From an uncultured bacterium (GTDB taxonomy: Bacteria > Cyanobacteriota > Vampirovibrionia > Gastranaerophilales > Gastranaerophilaceae), in NCBI GenBank assembly GCA_902802825.1, contig CADCNV010000001.1:567-64566 (forward strand): a stretch of 64,000 bases of DNA. Reading direction: 5' to 3'. Positions 26,039-35,470 of the stretch are shown here, one piece after another (the first letter of the stretch is position 1; each line of letters starts with the position of its first letter). The position numbers were made by a program, and so were the translations under genes. The notes beneath the pieces were generated by a model. That model was given only the letters and a program-made list of their open reading frames with translations. It was not told the origin of the DNA and ran no database searches.

Positions 26039-26449
26039 GAACGGAATTTCTCCGTCATCCATCAAAACTTCTGTTTCGGAAGCTCCTGATGGTTCCATAT
26101 CTCCAAAACTCAGGATGTCGCCTTCTTCGTGTACTTCTGATGATGATGAACTCCCGCCCATTAATTCGATTGATGATGCTTCAATTTCAAAAACTTTCTT
26201 TTCTGTTCCGTCATCAAGTTTGCTTACCCCTGTTTGAAGTCTTCCGCCAACCAAAACTTTTTGATTTTTTGAAAGAGTATCAATTACATCAGAAAGCGCT
26301 TGTCTTTTTGATATTACTCTGACTAATGTTTCTTCTCCGCCTTCGCCGATATTCATAACAAAAGAAGATACTGCAACATTATTCTGCGTATATCCTGTTT
26401 TTGGTTCTCTGTATACTATGCCTGTTACGGCTGCTTTTGCTAAAGTCAT
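26036..26449 (-). CDS. ssb: Single-stranded DNA-binding protein
   Basis: OB-fold N-terminus and an acidic tail ending DDGEIPF. The start is reassigned to ATG 26449 (MTLAKAAVTG...) with an aggaag SD. Confidence 0.9.
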   Translation of the reverse strand: MTLAKAAVTGIVYREPKTGYTQNNVAVSSFVMNIGEGGEETLVRVISKRQALSDVIDTLSKNQKVLVGGRLQTGVSKLDDGTEKKVFEIEASSIELMGGSSSSSEVHEEGDILSFGDMEPSGASETEVLMDDGEIPF

Positions 26450-26468
26450 ATATACTTCCTTTATCGTT

Positions 26469-26492
26469 GTCGGCATAGTAATGCCGACCTAC
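26469..26492 (-). repeat. GTAGGTYGG-type hairpin (copy e) between rpsF and ssb
   Basis: The minus strand reads gtag gtcggcat tact atgccgac. The loop is the same as in copy d. Confidence 0.75.
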
Positions 26493-26517
26493 TTCCTTTA
26501 TCTGTCGGGAATGTTTA

Positions 26518-26817
26518 TTATACAGAAGCTTTTTCTGAAACTTCCATGAACATTGTTCTTAAAATGTTATCATTCAATCTTAATTGTCTTTTAAATTCTG
26601 CAACTTTATCAGCAGGTAATGAAAGTATTGTTGTCGTAAAATATCCGTCTCTGAAATTCTGGATATCATAAGCCAGTTTTTTTCTTCCTGCTTTATCAAC
26701 AGATTCAACGCTTCCGCCAAAATCAGTAATTACTGAATTGATTTTTTCAATAATTTTTTCAACTTCTTCAGTGTCAAGATTTGGCTTGAATACGCTCATT
26801 AATTCGTATTTTCTCAT
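26518..26817 (-). CDS. rpsF: 30S ribosomal protein S6
   Basis: MRKYELMSVFKPNLD... is a canonical S6 sequence. 99 aa. Confidence 0.95.
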   Translation of the reverse strand: MRKYELMSVFKPNLDTEEVEKIIEKINSVITDFGGSVESVDKAGRKKLAYDIQNFRDGYFTTTILSLPADKVAEFKRQLRLNDNILRTMFMEVSEKASV

Positions 26818-26943
26818 TTTAAATTTCTCCTTTTACTATTTATATTGTGTGTGTTTAAATCTTATCATGAAAAAATATTTAATCAACTACATTATATTTT
26901 TACTTAATTGATTCATTGCACATATCTATGGTATAATCATTTT

Positions 26944-27753
26944 ATGTTAACATTTGCACAGTATTTCAGAAGATCCGCAACATACAAAGTCTTTTCGACG
27001 TTAGTCGCTGATTTTAAGGTATTTACTTCTACAATCGGTCAGATTGCTCAGATGGGTATCAGGATGTGTAAACGTATTCTGGTCGACGGGGTTCAGTTTA
27101 AAGAATTATTCGCTCAATGCGAAAGATTCGGGATAAGTTCTTTGCCGATTACTCTTTCAATTGTGGGTATGACTTCGATTATTGTGTCTTCTCAGGTTGC
27201 AAATGAGATGGTAAAGCAAGGCGGCTCCGGTTTAATCGGGATGTTAATGACCATTCTGACTGTCAGAGAAGTTGGTGTAATTATGTCAGGTTTTGCTATT
27301 ACATCAATGATCGGTTCTTCATTGGCTTCTGAACTTGCTACAATGCGTGTAACAGAACAGGTAGATGCAATTGATGTTCTTGGAGTTGATTCCGTCGGAT
27401 ATTTATTTACTCCGAGGGTGTTGTCAGGAATTTTAATGATGCCTGTTATAGTCATAATAGCTTCCGTATTCGGGATTATTCTTGGCGGGGTTGCATCAAA
27501 TATATTTTCAGGTCTTTCATACAGAGCATATTTTACATCAGTTTGGCTCGGTTTGTTTATGAAAGATTTGTGGGTTTGTTTAGCCAAAGCCGCTGTTTTT
27601 GGCGGGACAATAGCTTTAATCAGTTGTACCTGCGGGTATTTTGCAAAAGGCGGAGCAAAAGGTGTCGGACTTGCAACAACTAAAGCCGTTGTATGGTCAT
27701 TTATCTCAATTGTTATTTGGGATATGATTTTTGCAATGTTGTTTTTCTTTTAA
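26944..27753 (+). CDS. MlaE/TGD1-like ABC transporter permease
   Basis: ERFGISSLPI, MRVTEQVDAI and GGAKGVG motifs. The start is uncertain (TTG 26908 or ATG 26944). tggtataat lies at 26928-26936. Confidence 0.8.
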   Translation: MLTFAQYFRRSATYKVFSTLVADFKVFTSTIGQIAQMGIRMCKRILVDGVQFKELFAQCERFGISSLPITLSIVGMTSIIVSSQVANEMVKQGGSGLIGMLMTILTVREVGVIMSGFAITSMIGSSLASELATMRVTEQVDAIDVLGVDSVGYLFTPRVLSGILMMPVIVIIASVFGIILGGVASNIFSGLSYRAYFTSVWLGLFMKDLWVCLAKAAVFGGTIALISCTCGYFAKGGAKGVGLATTKAVVWSFISIVIWDMIFAMLFFF

Positions 27754-27767
27754 TAAAGGACAAAAAA

Positions 27768-28487
27768 ATGAGTATTGAAGTAAAAAATTTAATAAAAAGT
27801 TTTGAAGATAAAGTCGTAATAAATGATATTTCATTTAAGGTTAATGACGGTGAAGTTCTTGCGATTGTCGGGTTCTCCGGTTCAGGTAAAAGTACGGTTT
27901 TGAAACTTATTTCAGGGCTTATTCCTTACGATAACGGCGAAATTATTACTTCAGAGGGCGATATTGCAATGGTATTTCAGTATTCTGCTCTTTTTGATTC
28001 TCTGAATGTTTTTGAAAATATTTCATTTGCACTGAGAGAAAGAAAAGATTTGAGAAAACTCTATACCGAAGAAGAATTACACGAAATAGTAGCACAAAAG
28101 CTTGAACTTGTCGGCTTGCAGGGAATCGAAAACAAATACCCGTCCGAATTGTCAGGCGGTATGCAAAAGCGTGTCAGCTTTGCAAGAGCTATTGTAACAA
28201 AACCGAATACGATTCTTTATGATGAGCCGACGGCAGGTTTGGATCCTATGTCATCAACTCTGATTGAAGATTATATTGTTAGTTTGAAGCACGAAATTAA
28301 TGCTGCATCAATCGTCGTTACTCACCAAATGTCAACGATTACAAGGACTGCAGATAGAGTAATTATGCTTTATGACGGTAAAATTGTATTCGAAGGAACA
28401 CCTGAAGAATTGCTAAGACAGGACAATCCTTATACAAAACAATTTGTTACGGCTTCACTGGAAGGTCCTATGAAAATGAAAGCATAG
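27768..28487 (+). CDS. MlaF-like ABC transporter ATP-binding protein
   Basis: Walker A GFSGSGKST, signature LSGGMQKR, Walker B ILYDEP. ATG 27768 follows an aaagga SD. Confidence 0.9.
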   Translation: MSIEVKNLIKSFEDKVVINDISFKVNDGEVLAIVGFSGSGKSTVLKLISGLIPYDNGEIITSEGDIAMVFQYSALFDSLNVFENISFALRERKDLRKLYTEEELHEIVAQKLELVGLQGIENKYPSELSGGMQKRVSFARAIVTKPNTILYDEPTAGLDPMSSTLIEDYIVSLKHEINAASIVVTHQMSTITRTADRVIMLYDGKIVFEGTPEELLRQDNPYTKQFVTASLEGPMKMKA

Positions 28488-28506
28488 TAATTGCGCGGTG
28501 TTTTCA

Positions 28507-29343
28507 TTAGTTTACGTAAGCATCCTGAGTTAATTTTATTTCATACAAAGACCCTGATGGTATTGAAATATTTTTGCCCTTTTGTGTAAGTCCCGTAACA
28601 GGGGAAGTAACCGTGCAAACAGCAGAGCCAAGCCAACCCGTTATGGTCGGAATTGGTGATAGAATTGTGCCGACAGGATTCGAGGACATTTTGGTCGAAA
28701 GATTTCTTGCTTTTTTGTAGAAATTTATGCCCTGTGTAATTTTGTTATCAACTCCCTGCAAATATTGTCTTGCTCCTTTGATATTGTTAAAAAATATATT
28801 TTTTGAATTTGCTTTTGTTATCTTCCCTTCAACTGCAATTGTCTTACCGTTTAGAGTCATACTTGTAATTTTTATCTTAATTAAGCCGCCGTTACCTGTA
28901 ATCTGTCCTCCGTGTGATGCGGATATAACTCCTTTAAATTGAGTTCCGGCAGGAATAACTATGTTTTTATATACCGGTTCGGTTGAAGTAAAGGTTAATA
29001 GTGAGTTTACGCCTGACCAGCTTGAAATGCTTGCGTTTGATTTTACAGTGAATTTTGTTCCGGAAGGTATTTTCGTTCCTGTCTTTGGCGTAACAATATT
29101 TGATATTGTATTGGAAATTTTTGTAACAGCAGGAGTTGAATTATCAAAAACCGGTGTATTTTTAGGCGGTTTTTTGTTTGATATTTGTTTTGCCTGCTGA
29201 TTTTGATTCACTTTCATGTCTTTATTCAGTTTATTGGCATCATATTTTTGCTCAATTTCACTGTTAACTGAAGTGTCTAAATTGTATGCAAATACAGGAA
29301 TACACAGTGAACATAATAATAAAACTAATATAAATCTATACAT
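28507..29343 (-). CDS. Secreted beta-rich hypothetical protein (weak TrbI/VirB10-C-terminal-like pattern)
   Basis: Signal peptide, Asn/Lys-rich linker, then IPSGTKF...IPAGTQFKGVI...LNGKTIAVEGKI. Confidence 0.5.
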   Translation of the reverse strand: MYRFILVLLLCSLCIPVFAYNLDTSVNSEIEQKYDANKLNKDMKVNQNQQAKQISNKKPPKNTPVFDNSTPAVTKISNTISNIVTPKTGTKIPSGTKFTVKSNASISSWSGVNSLLTFTSTEPVYKNIVIPAGTQFKGVISASHGGQITGNGGLIKIKITSMTLNGKTIAVEGKITKANSKNIFFNNIKGARQYLQGVDNKITQGINFYKKARNLSTKMSSNPVGTILSPIPTITGWLGSAVCTVTSPVTGLTQKGKNISIPSGSLYEIKLTQDAYVN

Positions 29344-29716
29344 TTTTGATAATTTTACCCTGACGCAATATCAATACAAGATAAATTATAAGCGCAAGAG
29401 GAACAAAACTAATCATACCGATAACCGAGATTATAAAAATAAATATATTTATTATAATGGCATTGTTTTTTTCGCCCGTAATATCCCAAAGCCGTTTTGC
29501 ACTTTGAACAAAATAAAGATAAAGCAGTGGTAATTCAATGAAAATAGCAAAAACAAGCGGGAACCAAATTATTGATTTTAAACCTAAAATGTTACTTGTT
29601 GCATATACAAATATAAGAGCAAAGATTAATTGCAGAATTGCAATCAAAATTGAATATTTAAAAAATTCAAATCGCCCTATCGGATTGTTTATTTTTAATA
29701 AGTTTTTAAATTGCAT
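29336..29716 (-). CDS. DUF805-like small membrane protein
   Basis: PIGRFEFFKY... plus AKRLWDITG, with 3-4 TM segments. Confidence 0.6.
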   Translation of the reverse strand: MQFKNLLKINNPIGRFEFFKYSILIAILQLIFALIFVYATSNILGLKSIIWFPLVFAIFIELPLLYLYFVQSAKRLWDITGEKNNAIIINIFIFIISVIGMISFVPLALIIYLVLILRQGKIIKNV

Positions 29717-29733
29717 TAATTCTCAGAACCTCA

Positions 29734-31107
29734 TTATTTTGCAAGCATTTCGTTAATTGCTTTTGCAGCTTTTTTGCCCGCACCCATTGCATTAATTGCG
29801 TTTGATTCACCCACAGGAGCAACATCTCCGCCTGCATAAACACAAGGAATATTGGTTGAGCGAGTATCAGAATCAACTACGATGTAACCTTTTCTGTCTG
29901 TTTCTATGTTTAATCCGTCATATTCTGCCGAGCGCTGAATAATAGGATTCGGGTCCGTACCGAGAGCAACAATTACCGTATCAACATCTTCAACTACAAA
30001 TTCTCCCGTTCCGACAGGTCTGCACCTGCCTGATTCATCCGGCTCACCCAAAATCATTTTTTCAAATTTCATTCCGTCAACATATCCGTCTTTTTCTAAA
30101 ATTTCGACAGGTGCGTGTAAAAATTTAAAAATGATTCCTTCTTCTTTTGCGTGACGAATTTCTTCAAGACGTGCGGGGAGTTCTTTTTCTGTTCTGCGGT
30201 ACATAATGGAAACTTCTTCAAAACCGACACGTACAGCTGTTCTTGCAGCATCCATTGCAACATTACCGCCTCCGATTATTGCTGCTTTTTTACCTATACG
30301 CAACGGAGTTGGGGAATCATTTCTTCCTGCGCCCATTAGGTTTACTCTGGTAAGAAATTCGTTTGCGGAATATACACCGTTTAAGTTTTCGCCTTTTATG
30401 TGCATCATTTTAGGGAATCCTGCTCCGGAGCAAATAAATATTGCATCATATCCGTCGTCTTTCAATTGTTTTAGCGTAATTGATTTCCCGACGATAACAT
30501 TTGTTTTAAATTCTACCCCCATTTTTTTAAGATTATCGATTTCTCTGTCTAAAAATGTTCGGGGTAATCTGAAAGGAGGGATACCGTATCTTAAAACTCC
30601 GCCTAATTTGTGTAAAGCTTCAAATACAACAACTTCGTGTCCTGCTTTTCTGAGGTCTGCGGCTGCTGTTATTCCTGCGCAACCTGAGCCGACAACTGCA
30701 ACTTTTTTACCGCTTGGAATAATATCTGTTTGAGAAGCTTTTGTATTATCTCCGACATATCTTTCCAGCGCTCCGATAGCAACGCTTTCGCCTTTAATCC
30801 CCAAAACGCAGTTCCCTTCGCATTGTCTTTCCTGAGGGCAAACTCTGCCGCAAACTGACGGAAGCATACTTGTTTGTCTGATAATATCTCCGGCTTTATT
30901 TAAATCATCATTTTTTATTGCCTCTATAAAATCAGGAATCTGAATATTAACAGGACAGCCCTGAACGCATCTTGGATTTTTGCAATGCAGGCATCTCGAT
31001 GCCTCAAGTTTTACCTGTTCAGGAGTTAAATTACTCTCTACCGCATCAAAATTTGAACGACGCGCAATCTTATCCTGCTCTTTTACTCTTTGTCTGTCAA
31101 CTGCCAT
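29734..31107 (-). CDS. GltD/NfnB-like NAD(P)H-dependent oxidoreductase (glutamate synthase small-subunit family)
   Basis: N-terminal Cys clusters (CLHCKNPRCVQGCP, CGRVCPQERQCEGNC) plus two Rossmann motifs (VVGSGCAG, IIGGGNVAMD). Confidence 0.85.
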   Translation of the reverse strand: MAVDRQRVKEQDKIARRSNFDAVESNLTPEQVKLEASRCLHCKNPRCVQGCPVNIQIPDFIEAIKNDDLNKAGDIIRQTSMLPSVCGRVCPQERQCEGNCVLGIKGESVAIGALERYVGDNTKASQTDIIPSGKKVAVVGSGCAGITAAADLRKAGHEVVVFEALHKLGGVLRYGIPPFRLPRTFLDREIDNLKKMGVEFKTNVIVGKSITLKQLKDDGYDAIFICSGAGFPKMMHIKGENLNGVYSANEFLTRVNLMGAGRNDSPTPLRIGKKAAIIGGGNVAMDAARTAVRVGFEEVSIMYRRTEKELPARLEEIRHAKEEGIIFKFLHAPVEILEKDGYVDGMKFEKMILGEPDESGRCRPVGTGEFVVEDVDTVIVALGTDPNPIIQRSAEYDGLNIETDRKGYIVVDSDTRSTNIPCVYAGGDVAPVGESNAINAMGAGKKAAKAINEMLAK

Positions 31108-31212
31108 ATTACTATCCCTTTCTTAATTAATAATATTTTAGATTAAACCAAAATTATGTGCAAGCAGAAATATCGGGGTTTAATATTATAAGAATACGCT
31201 GTGAAAATATTG

Positions 31213-31950
31213 CTATTTTGCAATGTAAAACAGCAAATTTATCAAGAAATCCGCAACAAGCATATAAATTGTTGATAAAATTGCCGCTCTTGTAGTTGAA
31301 GTCCCGACTTCTTTGGCTCCGCCTTTTGTTTCATATCCTTTTGAAGCACAAACAAGTGAAATCAATCCTCCAAAAATACATGCTTTTAAAAGACTTACAT
31401 AAATGTCTTTTGTTGACATCCACGCCCAGACAGAGTGCCAATATCTTGCGGGGTGGAGTCCGATTGTTCCGTGAGCAACTGCCATTCCGCCGGCAATCCC
31501 TATAAATTCCGCAATCAAAACAACCATAGGCACTGTAATCGCTGCACCTATAATTCTCGGGGTGAAATAATACCCGACAGGGTCTATTTTTAATGTTTTT
31601 ATTGCATCAACCTGTGAAGTTACCTGCATATTTGCAATTTCTGCTGATATTGCTGTTCCTGCTCTTGCCCCGATTGCCAATGCTACAAATCCGGGGGCAA
31701 TTTCTCTTATCATTACAATTGCTATTGTTCCGCCAATGTATGCTTCTGCTCCGGTCATCAAAAATTCTTTTGAAACCTGAATGGTAATAACAGCAGCGGC
31801 AATAAATGCGATTACAAGTGATATGGGTAAAGAATCATAACTAATGGCTGCCGCCTGTGAAATAACAGTTTTGAGTCTTTGATTCCCGCCAAACAAATAC
31901 TTAATACAAATTATTAAATTTTGAACACAAACACCTAAAAATCTAATCAT
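31213..31950 (-). CDS. Second MlaE-like ABC permease
   Basis: MQVTSQVDAI and GGAKEVG motifs. The start is probably ATG 31950 (MIRFLG...). Confidence 0.75.
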   Translation of the reverse strand: MIRFLGVCVQNLIICIKYLFGGNQRLKTVISQAAAISYDSLPISLVIAFIAAAVITIQVSKEFLMTGAEAYIGGTIAIVMIREIAPGFVALAIGARAGTAISAEIANMQVTSQVDAIKTLKIDPVGYYFTPRIIGAAITVPMVVLIAEFIGIAGGMAVAHGTIGLHPARYWHSVWAWMSTKDIYVSLLKACIFGGLISLVCASKGYETKGGAKEVGTSTTRAAILSTIYMLVADFLINLLFYIAK

Positions 31951-32019
31951 TTGAAATAAATATACCACAAAAAAAGTCGTCTGACAAACTGCCAAACGAC
32001 TTTTAAAAAACTTATAAAA

Positions 32020-32778
32020 CTATACCAATTCAGGAACTTTTACAGAATTTCTGTTAGCAATTTCAACCAAAGCTGAAATTGTAGCCATCATTGAAAGTTC
32101 TGAAGATAATTTATTAACACAAGAACCGCATCCGATAGCACTTGCGCCTGCTGCAAAAGCAAACGGTGCAGTTGTAGGATTGATACCTGTTGCTGTCATC
32201 ACAGGAATCTCAACGTTTCTGCAAAGTTCAATTGTATTTGAAATAGTTAATTCTGCTCTGTCCATCAATGCTCTTGCACCTGTCATTTCAGCGTGAGCAT
32301 GGTAATGTCCTTCAGTCTGAATCAAATCAATACCCATTTCTTCCAAATGATGCGCAAGTTCAATTTGTTCGGCTGTAGAAATTTCACCGGGGATTGTAAC
32401 ACAGAAAAATACATCACTGTCACCGATTAAAGATTTTGTTTCTTTAACGATGTTTAAAACTTCTTCAGCACTGAATGAACGACCTTCTTTATACAATGTA
32501 TCAAAGTTACCTACTTCCAAGCCGTCTGCTCCGAGTTCAACCGCTCTTGCAAGTTCTGACGGAACAACAGATGATACAAAAACAGGCATATCCGTCATTG
32601 AACGGATTTCTCTGACTATATCTTCTCTTGCACAGATATCAACTGCACTTGCACCTGATTTTTCTGCGGAAGTTACAACTTTTTTAATGTTTTCAATATC
32701 AAAATTATCAATACCTGCGATAATTTTTACTGCTCTTTTTTCTTCTAAATGATGTTTGAATAAATCAATTCTTGACAT
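32020..32778 (-). CDS. DUF561/Ycf23-like TIM-barrel protein
   Basis: KIIAGIDNFDIENIKKVVTSAEKSGASAVDICA resembles cyanobacterial/plastid Ycf23 (from memory). Confidence 0.6.
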   Translation of the reverse strand: MSRIDLFKHHLEEKRAVKIIAGIDNFDIENIKKVVTSAEKSGASAVDICAREDIVREIRSMTDMPVFVSSVVPSELARAVELGADGLEVGNFDTLYKEGRSFSAEEVLNIVKETKSLIGDSDVFFCVTIPGEISTAEQIELAHHLEEMGIDLIQTEGHYHAHAEMTGARALMDRAELTISNTIELCRNVEIPVMTATGINPTTAPFAFAAGASAIGCGSCVNKLSSELSMMATISALVEIANRNSVKVPELV

Positions 32779-32802
32779 AATTTTCTCCTTTTATATTTTT
32801 AT

Positions 32803-32826
32803 GTTGGGCAAATATGTCCAACCTAC
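32803..32826 (-). repeat. GTAGGTTGG-type hairpin (copy f) in the ycf23-like leader
   Basis: The minus strand reads gtag gttggaca tatt tgcccaac. It is followed by the aaggag SD and ATG 32778. Confidence 0.7.
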
Positions 32827-32961
32827 ATATTCTTTTCAACTCTCAAGGCAATTATACATTATTATTTTAATATTTGCAAGAACACAACCCGTTTAAAACA
32901 AAAAGAGAATGGTTTTGTCACAATAAAAAATAATAATTATTTGTAAATTAAATGAGGTAAA

Positions 32962-33627
32962 ATGAAAAAAATTATAATAACAATTGCAATTATGTTAGGT
33001 TTTTGTACTCCTGTTTTTGCACAAAATTATGACAATGATGAGCTTATTAATATAAATGTTTACGAAAAAATTTCACCTGCAATCGTATCAGTTATGGCAC
33101 AATTGGCTGACGGGGTTTCAGAGGGTACAGGGTGTATAATTACAACAGACGGACAAATTTTAACCGGCTGGCATGTTGTAGAGGGGGCAAAAACTATTGA
33201 TATAACAACATCAAACGGTAAAACTTACAAAGCAAAATTGGTTGCAAAAATGCCAGATAAAAAGGATTTGGCAATCATAAAAATTGAAGTAAATGAAGAG
33301 CTCCCGACAGTATCATTTGGGGATTCGGAAGAAGTAAAAGTCGGACAAAAAGTTTTGGCAATAGGCAATCCGTTCGGATTTTCCAATACCCTCACTCAGG
33401 GTATAATATCAAGAATTGATTATGTAAAAAATCGTTTTCAGACTGATGCTGCAATAAATCCCGGGTGTTCGGGAGGCCCTGTGCTAAATTCAACAGGCGA
33501 AGTTATCGGTATAAGTCAGTCAATTTATAATCCGGACCATAATATCTCAAATATCGGAATCGGTTTTGCAATTCCGTCTAATGAAGCGGTGAAATTTATT
33601 GCTTCTCAAAAGGCATTGAGGCACTAA
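32962..33627 (+). CDS. Secreted trypsin-like serine protease (S1C/HtrA-like, no PDZ domain)
   Basis: LTGWHVV (His), DLAIIKI (Asp), GCSGGP (Ser), with a signal peptide. Confidence 0.8.
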   Translation: MKKIIITIAIMLGFCTPVFAQNYDNDELININVYEKISPAIVSVMAQLADGVSEGTGCIITTDGQILTGWHVVEGAKTIDITTSNGKTYKAKLVAKMPDKKDLAIIKIEVNEELPTVSFGDSEEVKVGQKVLAIGNPFGFSNTLTQGIISRIDYVKNRFQTDAAINPGCSGGPVLNSTGEVIGISQSIYNPDHNISNIGIGFAIPSNEAVKFIASQKALRH

Positions 33628-33631
33628 GATA

Positions 33632-33673
33632 CTAGGGCACTAAGATTTTTACGATAGTGCCTTACTGCCCTAG
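33632..33673. terminator. Hairpin between convergent genes, overlapping the acsC-like 3' end
   Basis: ctagggcactaag pairs with cttactgccctag (12/13) across a 16-nt loop. Confidence 0.45.
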
Positions 33674-34783
33674 CGCCTTTATCTTCACAAACTCCCTAAT
33701 ATCCGAAGCATCTTTTGTACCTTCGACAAACTCAAAATCAGGACATTGTGCGTTTAGTTCTTCAATCATATCCGAAACAAGCCCCGGAATAATAATTTTG
33801 CGGGTTTTAATTTTATTTTTTATATCAAGCTCAGCTAAAAATTTTGAAACAATTTCCGGGGTGAAAGTTTGCGCGGACCACGCAGTCAAAACACTCATTC
33901 CATCAGCAGGAACAATTATTAAATATGCAGGGACATCAAGATTTTCAAGTTCATTGGCAACAGCAAAATAAGTCAGTGCAAAGTTTGTAGTCATAAAGAT
34001 TATAGAATTTTCATCCGGATTATTATATTTGTATAAGCCCGAATCAACCTGCAGAGTTCTTTGCGGATCAGTAAAAATATTGTGCCTTAAAGTTATAAGT
34101 GTTGAAAACAAATCTTTATCAAATTCTTCAAAAATAAGCATGTTAGCGTATTTGCACAAATAAAAGCTTGCTCTTGCGCATTGTGAATAAATATCATCAT
34201 TTTTCATAACAACGCATACAGGAGCAGAACAACTTTCATCTTTTTCCGAAATGGCTTTTGTACGGGTTTCAATCAGATAATTTTTTGTGGTTCCAAAATC
34301 CTGTTCTTTAATAATATTTAATCCCAACTCCTGTAATTGTTCAAAATTAACAGAATTAATTTCATTTTTTATATTTCCGTTTTTAAATATAATCAAATCC
34401 ACACCGAAGGTTTGTCCAACATGAGTGTATTTAAATTCGCAGATTGCTTTAATCTTTTCTTGATAATCCGCTTTTGAACAATCAACTATAACAGCCAATG
34501 CTGTCGGATTTATAAATGTTTTTTCGTGCCTGTATAAAACATTTTCGCCGCCGATTTTTAAATCTCCGATTTCAACAGTATTTTGCGGATGTTTTATACT
34601 TTGAGAATAATTTTGTTTTAATTCTTCACAGACATAAGGACATTTGTCTATTTCAATTTGTTGTTTAGCAAGTTTTAGTGAATAGATCATGCATGTCTGA
34701 CAGCCGCATTCTTTGCAATTTGATTGCGGGAGTTTCTTAGCGGCAGGCATATATTTAAAAATCTGTAAACCTGTCATTTCCAT
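33662..34783 (-). CDS. Corrinoid iron-sulfur protein large subunit (AcsC/CdhE-like), shortened
   Basis: N-terminal [4Fe-4S] motif LTGLQIFKYMP...NCKECGCQTCM...KCPYV. Also LYRHEKTF, NIFTDPQ, TTNFALTYFAV, ADGMSVLTAW and KTRKIIIPG. Confidence 0.75.
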   Translation of the reverse strand: MEMTGLQIFKYMPAAKKLPQSNCKECGCQTCMIYSLKLAKQQIEIDKCPYVCEELKQNYSQSIKHPQNTVEIGDLKIGGENVLYRHEKTFINPTALAVIVDCSKADYQEKIKAICEFKYTHVGQTFGVDLIIFKNGNIKNEINSVNFEQLQELGLNIIKEQDFGTTKNYLIETRTKAISEKDESCSAPVCVVMKNDDIYSQCARASFYLCKYANMLIFEEFDKDLFSTLITLRHNIFTDPQRTLQVDSGLYKYNNPDENSIIFMTTNFALTYFAVANELENLDVPAYLIIVPADGMSVLTAWSAQTFTPEIVSKFLAELDIKNKIKTRKIIIPGLVSDMIEELNAQCPDFEFVEGTKDASDIREFVKIKALGQ

Positions 34784-34784
34784 A

Positions 34785-35465
34785 CTATAATAGCCCCCGT
34801 ATTATACTAATATTCTCAGGATTTTGAATTAAAACAATATTCGCTCCTGCTGCCAAAGCCCCGGAAACCGCAGTAAGTTCTATCATTTTTGCACGTTTAG
34901 TGCTGCCAAGTTTTGCTTCTTTTGTTTTTAAAGATTCAATTCCCGCCTCGCTGATTAATGGCAGATTCAGATATTCATCTTCCTTTTCAAGGCGGATTTT
35001 TTCCATTATGCTGTAACCGTATTCATAACCGTAACCCAAGCCGCCAATATCCGTATTCATAATAATTTTATTTTTATCTAACCCCATATCTAAACATAAA
35101 ATGTTCAATTCCTTAGCCAAATTAATATCAATGGGAGTTTTCAAAACAGCATAATGCCCGCCTTTAATTACAGCCGGAATAATGTCTTTATAAGTTTTTT
35201 CGGTTACATAAGAAATAATACATTCTCTGTCCAAAATCTTCAAAAGTTCAGGGAGTAAAACTCTGTCGATATCATCTTTCCCGCATCCGCAAATCATAAG
35301 TGGCTTATCAAATTCAGGCAGTTTATTTTTTAAAATATCTTTTGATTTTTCAATATCTTCATCAAATTTTATAGCCAAAATATCACAATCAGCATCCGGT
35401 AAAGATTGATTGTTGGCATTTATATTTAATGCAATTAATTTTGATTCGTTGTTTATTTTAATCAT
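34785..35465 (-). CDS. Corrinoid iron-sulfur protein small subunit (AcsD/CdhD-like), shortened
   Basis: DIGGLGYGYEYGYSIMEKIRLE and the C-terminal AAGANIVLIQNPE pattern. The acsC-like start lies 2 nt after its stop. Confidence 0.7.
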   Translation of the reverse strand: MIKINNESKLIALNINANNQSLPDADCDILAIKFDEDIEKSKDILKNKLPEFDKPLMICGCGKDDIDRVLLPELLKILDRECIISYVTEKTYKDIIPAVIKGGHYAVLKTPIDINLAKELNILCLDMGLDKNKIIMNTDIGGLGYGYEYGYSIMEKIRLEKEDEYLNLPLISEAGIESLKTKEAKLGSTKRAKMIELTAVSGALAAGANIVLIQNPENISIIRGLL

Positions 35466-35470
35466 AAATT

